The notes below the pieces were generated by a model that was given only the letters and a program-made list of their open reading frames with translations, was not told the origin of the DNA and searched no databases. 63,578 bases of DNA, taken from IMG/VR virus record IMGVR_UViG_3300030497_000009; one strand, given 5' to 3'. The stretch is from a virus. This document shows positions 47,306-56,918 of the stretch, one piece after another. A program made the position numbers and the translations under genes. Each line of letters opens with the position of its first letter. Positions within the stretch are counted from its first letter, which is position 1.

Positions 47306-49981
47306 ATGAATTGTGATAAATGCGACATTTCCAAAACGTGCGTGCCCTGCTTGATGGGTACGGGTAGGAAGTCGGCTAAGATTATGTTTGTAGCTGATAA
47401 TCCCACTGACTTCGAGAGTGATGATGGTCTGTGGATGAATGGTAAGGCTGGAAACCTTTTCCGTGACCTCCTAACCCAGATAGGGCTTGATGTAGACAAA
47501 GATTGCTACTTTACAGGGGCTATTAAGTGCCCGACCCCTTCAGACGATAAGGGCGTGCAAAGACAGCCTTCAAGAGACGAAATTGCGAACTGTAGTCCGT
47601 ATCTTGACGCTGAGATTAAAATAGTAAACCCTGAAATTATCGTTCCGATGGGTAATGTAGCGTTGAAAAAGATTATGAACAAAACTGGTATTACGAAGTT
47701 CCGTGGTAAGGCGATTAAACAGGATGACCGCATTATCTTCCCGATGGTACATCCTACGACAATCTTCCGACAGCCGGTTCACGCGAAGAACTTCACAACC
47801 GACTTAGGAAACCTTGGTAAGCTGATTAAAGAGGGTGATGCCTTCTTAGAAAAGAAAGAGGTTGATTACAGATATCTTGAAACGATAGATGAAGCGATAG
47901 CTGAGATTGTTAGGTTGAATACAGAAGCTGACTCTGACATTATCGTATTTGACTTAGAGACCACTGGACTTGACCCTTTCCGTGATGACTCAAAGATTGT
48001 CTGTATCTCGTTAACCGATAAGACACACTATGGTGTAACGATACCTTTAGAGCATCGTCAGTTTACTTGGGCTGATGAAGAGCTTTACCGGCTTAAACAG
48101 CATCTTAAAGAGCTTATGGAAAACCAGAACGTTAAGAAGATGGGACATAACGGAAAGTTCGATACGAAGTGGTTGAAAGCTGTCTATGACATCGATACGA
48201 AGGGCTATGCGTTTGACCCGATGGTTGCGCATTATATCACTGTTAGTGAAGAGCGTGGTGGTCACGGGCTTAAAGAGTTAGCGTGGGAGCTCACCGATAT
48301 GGGTGGGTATGATAATCCTCTTGACGACTACAAGAAAGAAAATGGGATCGTGGGTAACTACGATATGATTGACTGGGAAATCCTTCGAGAATACGCTGCT
48401 GCTGACGTAGACTGTACAATGCGTTTATACGAAGTCTTTAACCCGAAACTGGGCGAACACGAGAAGTGGCCATCCTTATTCGAGTTGTATATGGAGTCTT
48501 CTGAAGCTCTGCGTGACTTAGAGGTAAACGGTATAAAGCTAGATAAAGAGCGTGCTGAAGAGTTCCAAGAGCTTTACTTGAAGAAGATAGCTCAAATTGA
48601 GGATAAGCTTCGTATGTTCCCTGAGATTGTCCAAATAGAGCGCGAAAAGCAGGATATGTTCGAACGTCGTAAGCTAGAAATGAAGAAACCAAAAGAAGAC
48701 CGTGACCCTGAGATTCTGAAATGGAATAAGTTTAAAAACTTTAAATTTAGTTTCAGCTCACCTAACCAGTTGCGAGAACTTCTATTTGAGAAGTTGGGTT
48801 TGGACACTCCATTCCTGACTGACAAAGGTAAGCTTAAACCTAAAAGCCAACTAACGATTCAGGATTACTCAACGGGTAAAGAAACGCTAGCATACTTAGA
48901 AGACAAACACCCTATTGCTACCTTAATGAGTGAATGGCGTAAACTAGAGAAAGTTTATGGAACGTATATAGCTCCTGCGGTTGACTGGATTGGTAACGAT
49001 GGGCTTGTACATCCTAGCTTTAACTTAACTGGTACAGTAACTTCCCGTTTGAGTTCAGAGAAGCCGAATGCGCAAAACTTCCCACGTAAGATTAATAACC
49101 CTGCGGAGTTCGGATATCATTACGGTCCGAAAAAGCTATTCGTTAGCCGGTTTGGCGATGAAGGCGTAATCGTACAGTTTGACTATTCTCAATTAGAACT
49201 TCGTGTTGCCGCAATCTTTTCGGGTGACCCTAACCTTATCCAAGCATATCGTGATGGAAAAGATATTCATAGATATGTCGCGTCTAAAGTACACGGTATT
49301 CCTGAGGAAGAGGTAACAGATGACCAGCGTACAGCTGCGAAAGCCGTTGGTTTCGGTCTATTGTATGGTAAAGGAGCGCGATCCCTAGCACAAGATATGG
49401 GTGTGTCTCTTGAAGAAGCTGAAGACTTCATCGCAAAATACTTCGAAGAGTTTGTTGGAGTTAAGCGTTGGGTTGACGGAACGAAAAAGCAAGTTAAAGA
49501 ACAGAAGTATGTTGAAACATTAGCCGGTTTCCGTCGTAGACTCCCAGGAGTTGACTCAAACGACAGAGGTATTCAAGCCGATGCCTTTAGGCAAGCGATT
49601 AATAGTCCGATTCAGGGTTCAGGTTCATCTATGACTCTTAAATCTATTGTTCTGATTAACAGTATGTTTAAGAAGTTTGGCTTGCGTTCTTGCCTTGTTA
49701 TTACGGTTCACGATAGTATCGTGGCTGACGTTTATGTACCTGAGTTGAAGAAGGTCTACACGATTATGAAACACGTTATGGAGCATTTGCCTTTTGATTG
49801 GATTACTGTTCCAATCGTATCTGATGCTGAGGTAGGGCGTGACTATGGTTCTCTAGTTGGCATCGACGACATCGAAGAGGTGTTAGCAGAGGGCGTATTT
49901 GAATATATAGATAGAAAAGTAGCAGAGAAGAAAAAGAAAGATTACGAAAAAGCCGGAATACCTTTGTTGGCTACGGAGTAA
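47306..49981 (+). CDS. Family A DNA polymerase with N-terminal UDG-family-4-like domain and 3'-5' exonuclease
   Basis: CDKC/KC/C UDG-like N-terminus; FDLETTG, HNGKFD and YAAAD exonuclease motifs; DYSQLELR, KAVGFGLLYG and TVHDS polymerase motifs. Confidence 0.95.
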   Translation: MNCDKCDISKTCVPCLMGTGRKSAKIMFVADNPTDFESDDGLWMNGKAGNLFRDLLTQIGLDVDKDCYFTGAIKCPTPSDDKGVQRQPSRDEIANCSPYLDAEIKIVNPEIIVPMGNVALKKIMNKTGITKFRGKAIKQDDRIIFPMVHPTTIFRQPVHAKNFTTDLGNLGKLIKEGDAFLEKKEVDYRYLETIDEAIAEIVRLNTEADSDIIVFDLETTGLDPFRDDSKIVCISLTDKTHYGVTIPLEHRQFTWADEELYRLKQHLKELMENQNVKKMGHNGKFDTKWLKAVYDIDTKGYAFDPMVAHYITVSEERGGHGLKELAWELTDMGGYDNPLDDYKKENGIVGNYDMIDWEILREYAAADVDCTMRLYEVFNPKLGEHEKWPSLFELYMESSEALRDLEVNGIKLDKERAEEFQELYLKKIAQIEDKLRMFPEIVQIEREKQDMFERRKLEMKKPKEDRDPEILKWNKFKNFKFSFSSPNQLRELLFEKLGLDTPFLTDKGKLKPKSQLTIQDYSTGKETLAYLEDKHPIATLMSEWRKLEKVYGTYIAPAVDWIGNDGLVHPSFNLTGTVTSRLSSEKPNAQNFPRKINNPAEFGYHYGPKKLFVSRFGDEGVIVQFDYSQLELRVAAIFSGDPNLIQAYRDGKDIHRYVASKVHGIPEEEVTDDQRTAAKAVGFGLLYGKGARSLAQDMGVSLEEAEDFIAKYFEEFVGVKRWVDGTKKQVKEQKYVETLAGFRRRLPGVDSNDRGIQADAFRQAINSPIQGSGSSMTLKSIVLINSMFKKFGLRSCLVITVHDSIVADVYVPELKKVYTIMKHVMEHLPFDWITVPIVSDAEVGRDYGSLVGIDDIEEVLAEGVFEYIDRKVAEKKKKDYEKAGIPLLATE

Positions 49982-50007
49982 AAAGTTGTTGACTCTCCTT
50001 ATATTAG
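49975..50007 (+). promoter_or_regulatory. Phage-specific promoter motif
   Basis: GGAGTA-N21-TATTAG. Confidence 0.6.
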
Positions 50008-50048
50008 TGTATATAAATCGAAAATACATAAATAAGGAGAGGTTTACT

Positions 50049-50216
50049 ATGTTTACTACGAAAGAACTACGAGAGTTGAGAAAGAAGCGTGACGCGTTCA
50101 TCATGAAGAATGCTGAACAGAACATCGAGGTGAAATGCACTGCCAAGTTTATTCGTTTCTGGGAGGAACGTGGGTTTGAAGTTTTAACGAAACAAAAAAT
50201 GCGATTAATTGGTTGA
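50049..50216 (+). CDS. Hypothetical 55-aa protein
   Basis: AAGGAGAGG RBS before ATG 50049. Confidence 0.6.
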   Translation: MFTTKELRELRKKRDAFIMKNAEQNIEVKCTAKFIRFWEERGFEVLTKQKMRLIG

Positions 50217-50222
50217 CAACCT

Positions 50223-50254
50223 AGAGTAAAAAGTTGTTTCGTCGCTTTTATTAG
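50223..50254 (+). promoter_or_regulatory. Phage-specific promoter motif
   Basis: AGAGTA-N20-TATTAG then GTGTAAG. Confidence 0.65.
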
Positions 50255-50283
50255 GTGTAAGTTAAGAAAGGGGCTTTGCGAAA

Positions 50284-50835
50284 ATGATTATTAATCTGGA
50301 TGATTTAAACGTGTTAAACGTCAAGATTAAGCTAGCCAACGGTGAAGCGAAAGAGTTTAATATCCGTGAAGAACTAGCGATTGACGAAGGTGATTTGACC
50401 CAGCACTTTATGGAACAACCAGGAAAGTACGCTTGGTGGAGTGCGGTTACTGAACGCCTAAAATTACAGCGTGACTTGGCTGATCAAAAGCTTGAAAGAG
50501 CTGAAGCCCGTGCTGATAAGCGCGTTCGTGTATCTCTTAAGGAAGAAGGCATCAAAGTAACAGAAGCGTTTGTACGTACTCAGATTAAAGAAGATGAACA
50601 GTATATTAACGCTTTAAACGAGTACAACGAGCTGAATAAGAACGCTTCAACTATGGAAAAGGTGGTAAAGGCTTTTGAACATCGTAAAGAAATGCTTATT
50701 AGCGTTGGTGCTCATATCCGTGACGGTAATGGCAACTCTGGCGAGGTTCGTACTAAAGATACTTCAAAAGGTAGTCAGAGCGTAGCTGATGACCTAAAAG
50801 CTAGAGCAAAGATGATTACGCAACGAGAAAATTAA
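50284..50835 (+). CDS. UvsY-like recombination mediator (helical)
   Basis: EL.ID...L...F.EQP.KYAWW, KVTEA, AFEHRKEML.S.GA..R pattern; lies between the polymerase and SSB. Confidence 0.55.
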   Translation: MIINLDDLNVLNVKIKLANGEAKEFNIREELAIDEGDLTQHFMEQPGKYAWWSAVTERLKLQRDLADQKLERAEARADKRVRVSLKEEGIKVTEAFVRTQIKEDEQYINALNEYNELNKNASTMEKVVKAFEHRKEMLISVGAHIRDGNGNSGEVRTKDTSKGSQSVADDLKARAKMITQREN

Positions 50836-50846
50836 CCAAGTTAATA

Positions 50847-50965
50847 ACAGCTGTACTCGTTTTCTGCGGTGTCTAGGTCAGATGAGGATAGGTTGCCTCC
50901 CCTCAACCGACAAGTCCGGAAAACTTCCTCGTCTGGCGCAGACACCGTAGAACGCGGTGTCCTGT
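50847..50965 (+). ncRNA. Structured RNA leader upstream of the SSB gene
   Basis: Long stem TTCTGCGGTGTCT/AGACACCGTAGAA and TCAGATGAGGA/TCCTCGTCTGG with G-U pairs, closing inner hairpins GGTTG/CAACC and AAGT/ACTT. Confidence 0.6.
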
Positions 50966-51008
50966 ATAAACCTGATAAAAACTTGACAAACACTGGAGGA
51001 ATTAGAAG

Positions 51009-51839
51009 ATGGCTGGATTAGATATTGAAGCTTTAAAACGTAAAATGCAAGAGGTAAAAGACAAACAAAGTGGTGGCGGACGTGCTGACTTTTGGAAGCC
51101 GAAAGATGGACGAAACGTTATCCGTATTTTACCTGCTGCTGAGGGCAAAGAATTTTATTCTGAAGCAAAGGTACGCTATAACGTGGGACCTGACAGTAAA
51201 ATGGTAACGATCCCGTTGGATAGCTCACCTGCTAACTGCCCAATTCACGAATACGTTGATAAGCTTTGGAAAACGAAGGATCCTGATGATGAGAAGTTAG
51301 CGAAGCGTATGAAAGCTTCTAACCGTTATTACTTTAACATTATTGACCGTTCTATCGAAGAAGGTCAAGAGGGTTATGGTGAAGTATTAGCTTATGGTTG
51401 TGGCTCTACTATCTTTACTGACATTCTTGGAATTATCGTAGATCCTGACTATGGTGATATCACTGACCCAGAAGAGGGTTATGATATTATCATTACTAAA
51501 TCCGGTAAAAAGCTGGACACAGAATACAAAACGAATGCCCGTCCGAAGCAGACTCCGATTGGTATTCCTGATTGGAAAGAAAAGCTGAATGACTTAGAAA
51601 AACTGGCCACTCCTCGCGATTACGCGAAGCGTTTAGCTATCTTAACAGGCGATAACACTTCTGACGATGATAGCTCAGACGACTCAAAAGGCACTGTAGG
51701 AACTTCTTCTGAACCAAAAGACGAAGAGAAGAAAGCAGAGAAAAAGCCTGTTGACGAGAAGCCTGTAAGCTCTGAGAGTACAGGTGGTAAGTCTGAAGAT
51801 GAAATCGAAGCTGAAATTGCCGCGATGTTAAACGACTAA
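51009..51839 (+). CDS. gp32-like single-stranded DNA-binding protein
   Basis: FWKPKDG.N.IRILP, CPI, YGDITDPEEGYDI.I.K.G...T.Y, acidic C-terminal tail. Confidence 0.85.
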   Translation: MAGLDIEALKRKMQEVKDKQSGGGRADFWKPKDGRNVIRILPAAEGKEFYSEAKVRYNVGPDSKMVTIPLDSSPANCPIHEYVDKLWKTKDPDDEKLAKRMKASNRYYFNIIDRSIEEGQEGYGEVLAYGCGSTIFTDILGIIVDPDYGDITDPEEGYDIIITKSGKKLDTEYKTNARPKQTPIGIPDWKEKLNDLEKLATPRDYAKRLAILTGDNTSDDDSSDDSKGTVGTSSEPKDEEKKAEKKPVDEKPVSSESTGGKSEDEIEAEIAAMLND

Positions 51840-51849
51840 TACTTGAAGA

Positions 51850-51879
51850 AGAGGTGACGATCCTGTCACCTCTTTATTT
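51850..51879 (+). terminator. Probable terminator
   Basis: AGAGGTGAC/GTCACCTCT stem plus T-rich tail. Confidence 0.65.
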
Positions 51880-51906
51880 ACATGCTAAAAATGGAGGTCT
51901 GTGACG

Positions 51907-52950
51907 ATGGGAAGTAAACGTAAAAAAGACAAAGAAGAAAAGAATGTAATCACTAATGAAGAGGATTTTCTTGCTGATTTAACAGCTGACATAAATAAAG
52001 AGTTTGATGATGCAGGCACCATGCTACTAGAAGGTAGTGCTGTTGGTGACGTTAACCATTGGGTAAGCTCTGGCCACCCAATAATTGATAGTGATGTACT
52101 TGGAAAAGGTTGGCCATTTGGACGGGTTGTAGAGATATTCGGACCTGAATCAAACGGTAAAACGACAGTTGCCTTACATGCTATCGCTGAAACGCAGAAG
52201 CTTGGTGGGATTACGATTTTCTTAGATTCAGAGCATGCTCTTTCGAAAGAACGTGCGAAAGCTCTTGGCGTTGATTTAAAACGTCTTATTTATGCGCAAC
52301 CAGGAACGATGGAAGACATCTTTGACTATGTTGAGAAGATAGTTGAGAAGATTAAAGCGCGTGACCCTGAACGTCTTGTTACTATCGTATGGGACAGCGT
52401 TGCTTCTTCTCCTACACGTTCGGAGGTTGAAGGCGATTATGGTGACCATAATGTAGGTATTCATGGACGTATCATGTCACAGGGCTTCCGTAAGATTACG
52501 AAACTAATAAACACAAGTAACACCCTATTTATTTGTATTAACCAAACGCGTGACAAAATCGGTGTTATGTTTGGTGACAAAACGTCAACTCCGGGAGGTA
52601 AGGCGTTAAAGTTCTATGCTTCTATTCGGCTGGATGTTCGTAAAATCGGTATGCTTAAAGAGGGCGACAAGGTAGTTGGTATCAAGTGTAAAGCTATCGC
52701 GAAGAAAAACAAGGTTGCACCTCCGTTTGGTGAAACAGAGTTCCACATTCTATTTGCGAATGATGTAGCTGGTATTGACCAGTATAATTCTATCTTAGAA
52801 GAATCACAAAAAGCCGGTCTGCTTGGTGACACAAAAGGCTACATGCACTACAAGGATAAGAACTATCGTAAGAAAGAGCTTGTGAAGTATTTCCGTGAGA
52901 ACCCTGAGGATTGGAAAGCGATGGTAGACACTTACATGAGCGTAAAGTAA
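51907..52950 (+). CDS. recA: RecA/UvsX recombinase
   Basis: GRVVEIFGPESNGKTT, DSEHA, WDSVA, INQTR, TPGGKALKFYAS.R, KNKVAPPF. Confidence 0.95.
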   Translation: MGSKRKKDKEEKNVITNEEDFLADLTADINKEFDDAGTMLLEGSAVGDVNHWVSSGHPIIDSDVLGKGWPFGRVVEIFGPESNGKTTVALHAIAETQKLGGITIFLDSEHALSKERAKALGVDLKRLIYAQPGTMEDIFDYVEKIVEKIKARDPERLVTIVWDSVASSPTRSEVEGDYGDHNVGIHGRIMSQGFRKITKLINTSNTLFICINQTRDKIGVMFGDKTSTPGGKALKFYASIRLDVRKIGMLKEGDKVVGIKCKAIAKKNKVAPPFGETEFHILFANDVAGIDQYNSILEESQKAGLLGDTKGYMHYKDKNYRKKELVKYFRENPEDWKAMVDTYMSVK

Positions 52951-52957
52951 AAGAGAT

Positions 52958-52987
52958 GCCTGAGCTATGATGCTCAGGTTTTTCTTT
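52958..52987 (+). terminator. Rho-independent terminator
   Basis: GCCTGAGC/GCTCAGGT stem plus T-run. Confidence 0.75.
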
Positions 52988-53008
52988 GACAAAAATCAGG
53001 AAAAGTTG

Positions 53009-53037
53009 TTGAAATCATATGTTATGCATAGTATGAT
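53009..53037 (+). promoter_or_regulatory. SigmaA-like early promoter
   Basis: TTGAAA-N17-TATGAT. Confidence 0.7.
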
Positions 53038-53080
53038 TAACTTGTAAGATAAATCGGAGAAGAAAAAGGAGACGATGGAA

Positions 53081-53698
53081 ATGACAAACTTAAAGTATAC
53101 GGTATCTAATAAAGTAACAGGTGAAACGGCTAGCTGGGAAGGCGAAGCGAAAAACGCGCATAGAACTCTTCGCAAAGAACTTCGTACAAATAGCTCAATC
53201 TTTGACGGTAACATGGATAACACTACTATTTACGTAGAGGGCGCTGACAAAGAACTGGCTGACAAGTACTTCGTTAAGGGCTACGCGTACCTTGCTAAAC
53301 TGGTAACTGGTAAAGGCTTAAAGAAAGCCCCTAAAGCCGAAAAGAAAGCTCCTGCTAAGAAAGAAAGCGCGAAGCTAACAGAAGGCATGATGAAGCGAAT
53401 CAAAGAAGCTCACGAAGATGGCAGACTGACAGTCCTAGAAGCGAACTTCATGAACTACCTGATGACGGATGGCTACTACGCTGAATACACTTTCTCTGAC
53501 GTAACGGTTGAAGATGTTGCGACTGCGCTAGACATGGACATGAAAGTTGTGAAGGGCGTACTTGGTAGCTTGGTTAAGAAAGAATACCTCTTTACTCAGC
53601 CGGTTAACAAAAACGAGCTTGACATTATCTACGCTACTGATGCTGGCTACGAGTTAAGCGATGAATACGAAACAAACTGGAAACCTCAAATGTGGTAA
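53081..53698 (+). CDS. Early protein with C-terminal winged HTH
   Basis: LT.LE..VEDVATALDMDMKVVKGVLGSLVKKEYL..T..G. Has its own promoter and terminator. Confidence 0.65.
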   Translation: MTNLKYTVSNKVTGETASWEGEAKNAHRTLRKELRTNSSIFDGNMDNTTIYVEGADKELADKYFVKGYAYLAKLVTGKGLKKAPKAEKKAPAKKESAKLTEGMMKRIKEAHEDGRLTVLEANFMNYLMTDGYYAEYTFSDVTVEDVATALDMDMKVVKGVLGSLVKKEYLFTQPVNKNELDIIYATDAGYELSDEYETNWKPQMW

Positions 53699-53717
53699 GC
53701 GCCTGATGGCGCTTTTT
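53697..53717 (+). terminator. Rho-independent terminator
   Basis: AAGCGCC TGAT GGCGCTT TTT. Confidence 0.75.
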
Positions 53718-53782
53718 ATTTTGCCAACTCTGCAAAGGGTTGGCTTTTCATACACATTCTTTTCTGAAAGTGGTGTCACAAG

Positions 53783-53814
53783 GGAGAACTTTCTGCTGTT
53801 TAGGCTTTTATTAG
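53783..53814 (+). promoter_or_regulatory. Phage-specific promoter motif
   Basis: GGAGAA-N20-TATTAG then GTGTAAG. Confidence 0.65.
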
Positions 53815-53843
53815 GTGTAAGTAAGAAAAGGGAGGTAAAGGAA

Positions 53844-54815
53844 ATGAAGATTATAATGGATGGTAATAACTCCGCATTCCGTGCGAACGCGACGAATAAC
53901 CTGACGATGAAGAACGGTGAACGTGTTGCGGCAACCTACGGTACGTTGAATATGATTCTCTCGTATTTGAAGAAGAACGGAAGTGGTTGGGTAAATAAGT
54001 TGCTGACAGCAGCACAAGACCAGTTGCGTGACCGAACGGCTATTGTTGATGAAGTAATCGTATGCTGGGACGGTGGTAAAAGTAAGTTCCGTAAAGCTAT
54101 CTACAGCGACTACAAAGGGCATCGAGAAGTTAAACGCAAAGAGTATACCGATGATGAACAGAAGGCGTATCACCACCTCTTAAACGAAATGGAGAACCTT
54201 CACGAGATCCTACCTCATTTTGGCGTAAAGTCTCTTAAGTTTAAAGGTTGGGAAGCCGATGATTTAATCTATCTTTCGAATAAGCTAAAAGCTGATGGTG
54301 AGATTAGCATTATCGTATCGACTGACCGAGATATGTTACAGTTAGTCGATGACACAACGTTCGTCTGGTCACCCGTTAAAGAACAACTTATCACGCCTGA
54401 GACGTTCCTTGAGTTTACTGGTGTACCAAAGCGTCATTACCTTACGTACCGCGTGCTGGTTGGCGATAAATCGGATAATATCGATGGTATTCATGGTATT
54501 GGTGACGCGAAAGCTCGTGCGTTAATCATGAAGTACGGTGACTTGGCTAGTATTCAAGCTAATCCACAAGAGCTTATGAAGTCAAAGGTTAATGCTCGGA
54601 TTATAGAGAATCCTCAGCTGCTGGAACGTAATATGAAGTTGATGGATATGAACCTTATTCCGTTTGGTGACATTGAAGAAGTAGCCGAGAATATTCTGAA
54701 GACACCAGTAAAGTTTGAATCAAGTATCGTGCGAGTGTTCTTTATGAGTAAGCAGTTCGTTAGCTTCATTAAAGACTTCTCACAGTGGGAACTATCATTT
54801 AAGAATTTACATTAA
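53844..54815 (+). CDS. 5'-3' exonuclease / flap endonuclease (phage RNase H-like)
   Basis: IMDGN, WDGG, YKGHR, EADD, STDRD, GDKSDNIDGI.GIG. Likely start is ATG 53844. Confidence 0.92.
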   Translation: MKIIMDGNNSAFRANATNNLTMKNGERVAATYGTLNMILSYLKKNGSGWVNKLLTAAQDQLRDRTAIVDEVIVCWDGGKSKFRKAIYSDYKGHREVKRKEYTDDEQKAYHHLLNEMENLHEILPHFGVKSLKFKGWEADDLIYLSNKLKADGEISIIVSTDRDMLQLVDDTTFVWSPVKEQLITPETFLEFTGVPKRHYLTYRVLVGDKSDNIDGIHGIGDAKARALIMKYGDLASIQANPQELMKSKVNARIIENPQLLERNMKLMDMNLIPFGDIEEVAENILKTPVKFESSIVRVFFMSKQFVSFIKDFSQWELSFKNLH

Positions 54816-54830
54816 TTGGAGGAAGACAAG

Positions 54831-55268
54831 ATGACTATTTCTGTAGAGAAAACGATTGAATTATTTGGAGAAGAACTAAATCACTATAAATCTGATAAGT
54901 GTGTAGCTAACGGGGTTGTACTTCACATGGCTCCTGTTGGCGATTCTGGCTATTATGTTGGTACGTTTACTTGCTACGATGCGAACGGGTTGAAGAGTGA
55001 GAGAGCTTTACCGTTTGATAAGTATATCCGCGTTGTAAACGAGATTGAAGACCTTATTACACCGTACCAAACGAATACGTTTACAGGGCGTTTAGTTGGC
55101 CATAACCCAACTCCACGAGTACGTGAGTTTCTGTACACGAAGAAAGTTCACCGTATGTTCTTCCTTAACGAAACGAACGTAATGAACTTTGTTAAAAACT
55201 TTACAAGTAAAATTCGAGTTGACGCGCGTGCTGCTGACGGTATTGACGTGTTAGTAATCTTTGGATAA
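54831..55268 (+). CDS. Hypothetical protein
   Basis: GGAGG RBS, operonic position. Confidence 0.7.
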   Translation: MTISVEKTIELFGEELNHYKSDKCVANGVVLHMAPVGDSGYYVGTFTCYDANGLKSERALPFDKYIRVVNEIEDLITPYQTNTFTGRLVGHNPTPRVREFLYTKKVHRMFFLNETNVMNFVKNFTSKIRVDARAADGIDVLVIFG

Positions 55269-55281
55269 GGGGAGAATGACA

Positions 55282-55668
55282 ATGAATAACGAACTTCACA
55301 GAGACATCGAAGAAACGATTGATGAGATTTTAGCTCGTAAGAGTGTAATCTCTGAACAGAACGCGTTTAAAAAGGAAGCCATCGAGCAGTTAGAAATGCA
55401 GATGAAATCGAAAGGCTTAAACTTCTACCAAACTGAAACGCCTGACGGAGAGATTGTAAAAGTCACTCTACGTGACGTTGATAAGAAGAAGCTTGATAAA
55501 ACGGGCTTGGCTGAAGAGCTAGACGTTGAGAAGTCCGACTTGGACGCAAAAGGGCTTGTTCGATTAACAGAAGAAGGTGTGCTAAAAGAGGTAACTATTG
55601 ACAACCATACGATTAAAACTACTAAAACTGAGGTTAAAATAAAAAAGCGTAAGCCAAAGAAAAAGTAA
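55282..55668 (+). CDS. Hypothetical protein
   Basis: GGGGAG RBS, basic C-terminus. Confidence 0.7.
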   Translation: MNNELHRDIEETIDEILARKSVISEQNAFKKEAIEQLEMQMKSKGLNFYQTETPDGEIVKVTLRDVDKKKLDKTGLAEELDVEKSDLDAKGLVRLTEEGVLKEVTIDNHTIKTTKTEVKIKKRKPKKK

Positions 55669-55712
55669 TGGAGGCACACTGTTTCGACAAAGAACAAGAG
55701 GTGAATTTGTAA

Positions 55713-56084
55713 ATGGGCATCTTTAAAGATATGCTTGAAAGGGCGCTGGCAGAGACTAACCAAATTAACAAAATCGATTCCAATGCGTCGATTATTGCCC
55801 GTGATTACCAAAAAGAGTTTACCGAACTCCTTGGTCAGCCCGTGATTTGGACAACTAAGAATAATGTGAACCTACGTGCGCCCCAGCTTGTAGTGATTGA
55901 GCAAGTATTTCCACACTTTGTACTCGTTGTGAAAACGTCGTACAGTGTGGAGGGTGAGCGATACCTTATCCGGTATGGCATACCCTATCAATCCTTGTAT
56001 TGTAACCTAGATGTTTTTGAGAATCTTGACTTTATTGAGCCAACCGGAGGTGAAGAAGATGAGGGACGTGAACAAACTCTTTGA
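55713..56084 (+). CDS. Hypothetical protein upstream of the sigma factor
   Basis: GAGGTG RBS, 123 aa. Confidence 0.7.
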   Translation: MGIFKDMLERALAETNQINKIDSNASIIARDYQKEFTELLGQPVIWTTKNNVNLRAPQLVVIEQVFPHFVLVVKTSYSVEGERYLIRYGIPYQSLYCNLDVFENLDFIEPTGGEEDEGREQTL

Positions 56085-56598
56085 AGATTATAAGCCGTTG
56101 CGGTTATCCTTGTACAAACGATACCATCCGATGCTCAATGATAAAGAAGATAAAGCCGACCTACTAAGTCAGATTGACAATCTCTTTGTACGGTTAGTAT
56201 TTGAATGGGATCCCAGACGTGGAGTTGACCTCCCGTATTATTTGAAGCGTATGTTAAGCTTGCGTGTTCACCACTACGTTACGAAAACAATTGGTATTAA
56301 GTCGAAAGAAGTTCTTTCTGAGAGCTTCACGAACGACCTTATCAATTATGAAGAAGAGAGTGCGGAAGACTGTGTAGAGTACGAATTGATTGAGAAGATA
56401 GCGAGCTGGAATGATGATTTTGTTCTTGGTAAGAAACAAAAGAAACTTTTCGAGGGCTTAATCAGAGACCACCGACCACTACGCGATATGGCGGAGGAGG
56501 AAGGTGTAGACGTTTCTATCCTGCATACCCGAATGCACTTCCTGCTCAAGAAGTTACGTGCGCTAGCAGAAGAGGAAGCAAAGTTAGAGGAGGATTAA
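56059..56598 (+). CDS. Phage RNA polymerase sigma-70-family factor
   Basis: DLLSQI...F..L..EWDPRRGV....Y region 2; LRDMAEEEGV....HTR...LLKKLR region 4. GGAGGTG RBS before ATG 56059. Confidence 0.85.
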   Translation: MRDVNKLFEDYKPLRLSLYKRYHPMLNDKEDKADLLSQIDNLFVRLVFEWDPRRGVDLPYYLKRMLSLRVHHYVTKTIGIKSKEVLSESFTNDLINYEEESAEDCVEYELIEKIASWNDDFVLGKKQKKLFEGLIRDHRPLRDMAEEEGVDVSILHTRMHFLLKKLRALAEEEAKLEED

Positions 56599-56610
56599 CC
56601 TCCTCTTTTT
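56586..56610. terminator. Terminator between convergent units
   Basis: AGAGGAGG/CCTCCTCT stem with T-run. Confidence 0.7.
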
Positions 56611-56613
56611 ATT

Positions 56614-56697
56614 TTAATCACGTTCTCTGTAAAGGAAAACGTAAAGACTTATAATTACAACACTACCAAGACACATCATCGTTAAACCATAACCCAC
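56614..56697 (-). CDS. Hydrophobic micro-peptide, 27 aa (MGYGLTMMCLGSVVIISLYVFLYRERD)
   Basis: GGGGTGA RBS, GTG start, single TM-like segment. Confidence 0.5.
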   Translation of the reverse strand: MGYGLTMMCLGSVVIISLYVFLYRERD

Positions 56698-56817
56698 CTA
56701 CTCACCCCTGTTCGGCTCGAAACAAACGTATAAAATCACCCATATTGTTGCGAATAATCCAAAGATAGCTCCGTAAACGGTAACGATAGTGAAAAGCGTA
56801 TATAAGAAAGCTCGCAC
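56698..56817 (-). CDS. Hydrophobic micro-peptide, 39 aa (MRAFLYTLFTIVTVYGAIFGLFATIWVILYVCFEPNRGE)
   Basis: GGAGTG RBS-like site, GTG start, TM-like. Confidence 0.5.
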   Translation of the reverse strand: MRAFLYTLFTIVTVYGAIFGLFATIWVILYVCFEPNRGE

Positions 56818-56823
56818 AGACTC

Positions 56824-56886
56824 TCACACTCCCATCAGGAATTTACCTGCCTCCATAAGAATATACCCTATGATTAGATAGCCCAT
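56824..56886 (-). CDS. Hydrophobic micro-peptide, 20 aa (MGYLIIGYILMEAGKFLMGV)
   Basis: Strong GGGGAGGT RBS 8 nt before ATG. Confidence 0.5.
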   Translation of the reverse strand: MGYLIIGYILMEAGKFLMGV

Positions 56887-56918
56887 ATTTCTTTACCTCC
56901 CCTTCGTTAGCTTACATT

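Noticed and set aside
50875-50930. Hammerhead ribozyme in the SSB leader
   Set aside because: The core reads CAGATGAG rather than CTGATGA and is itself base-paired in the long stem.
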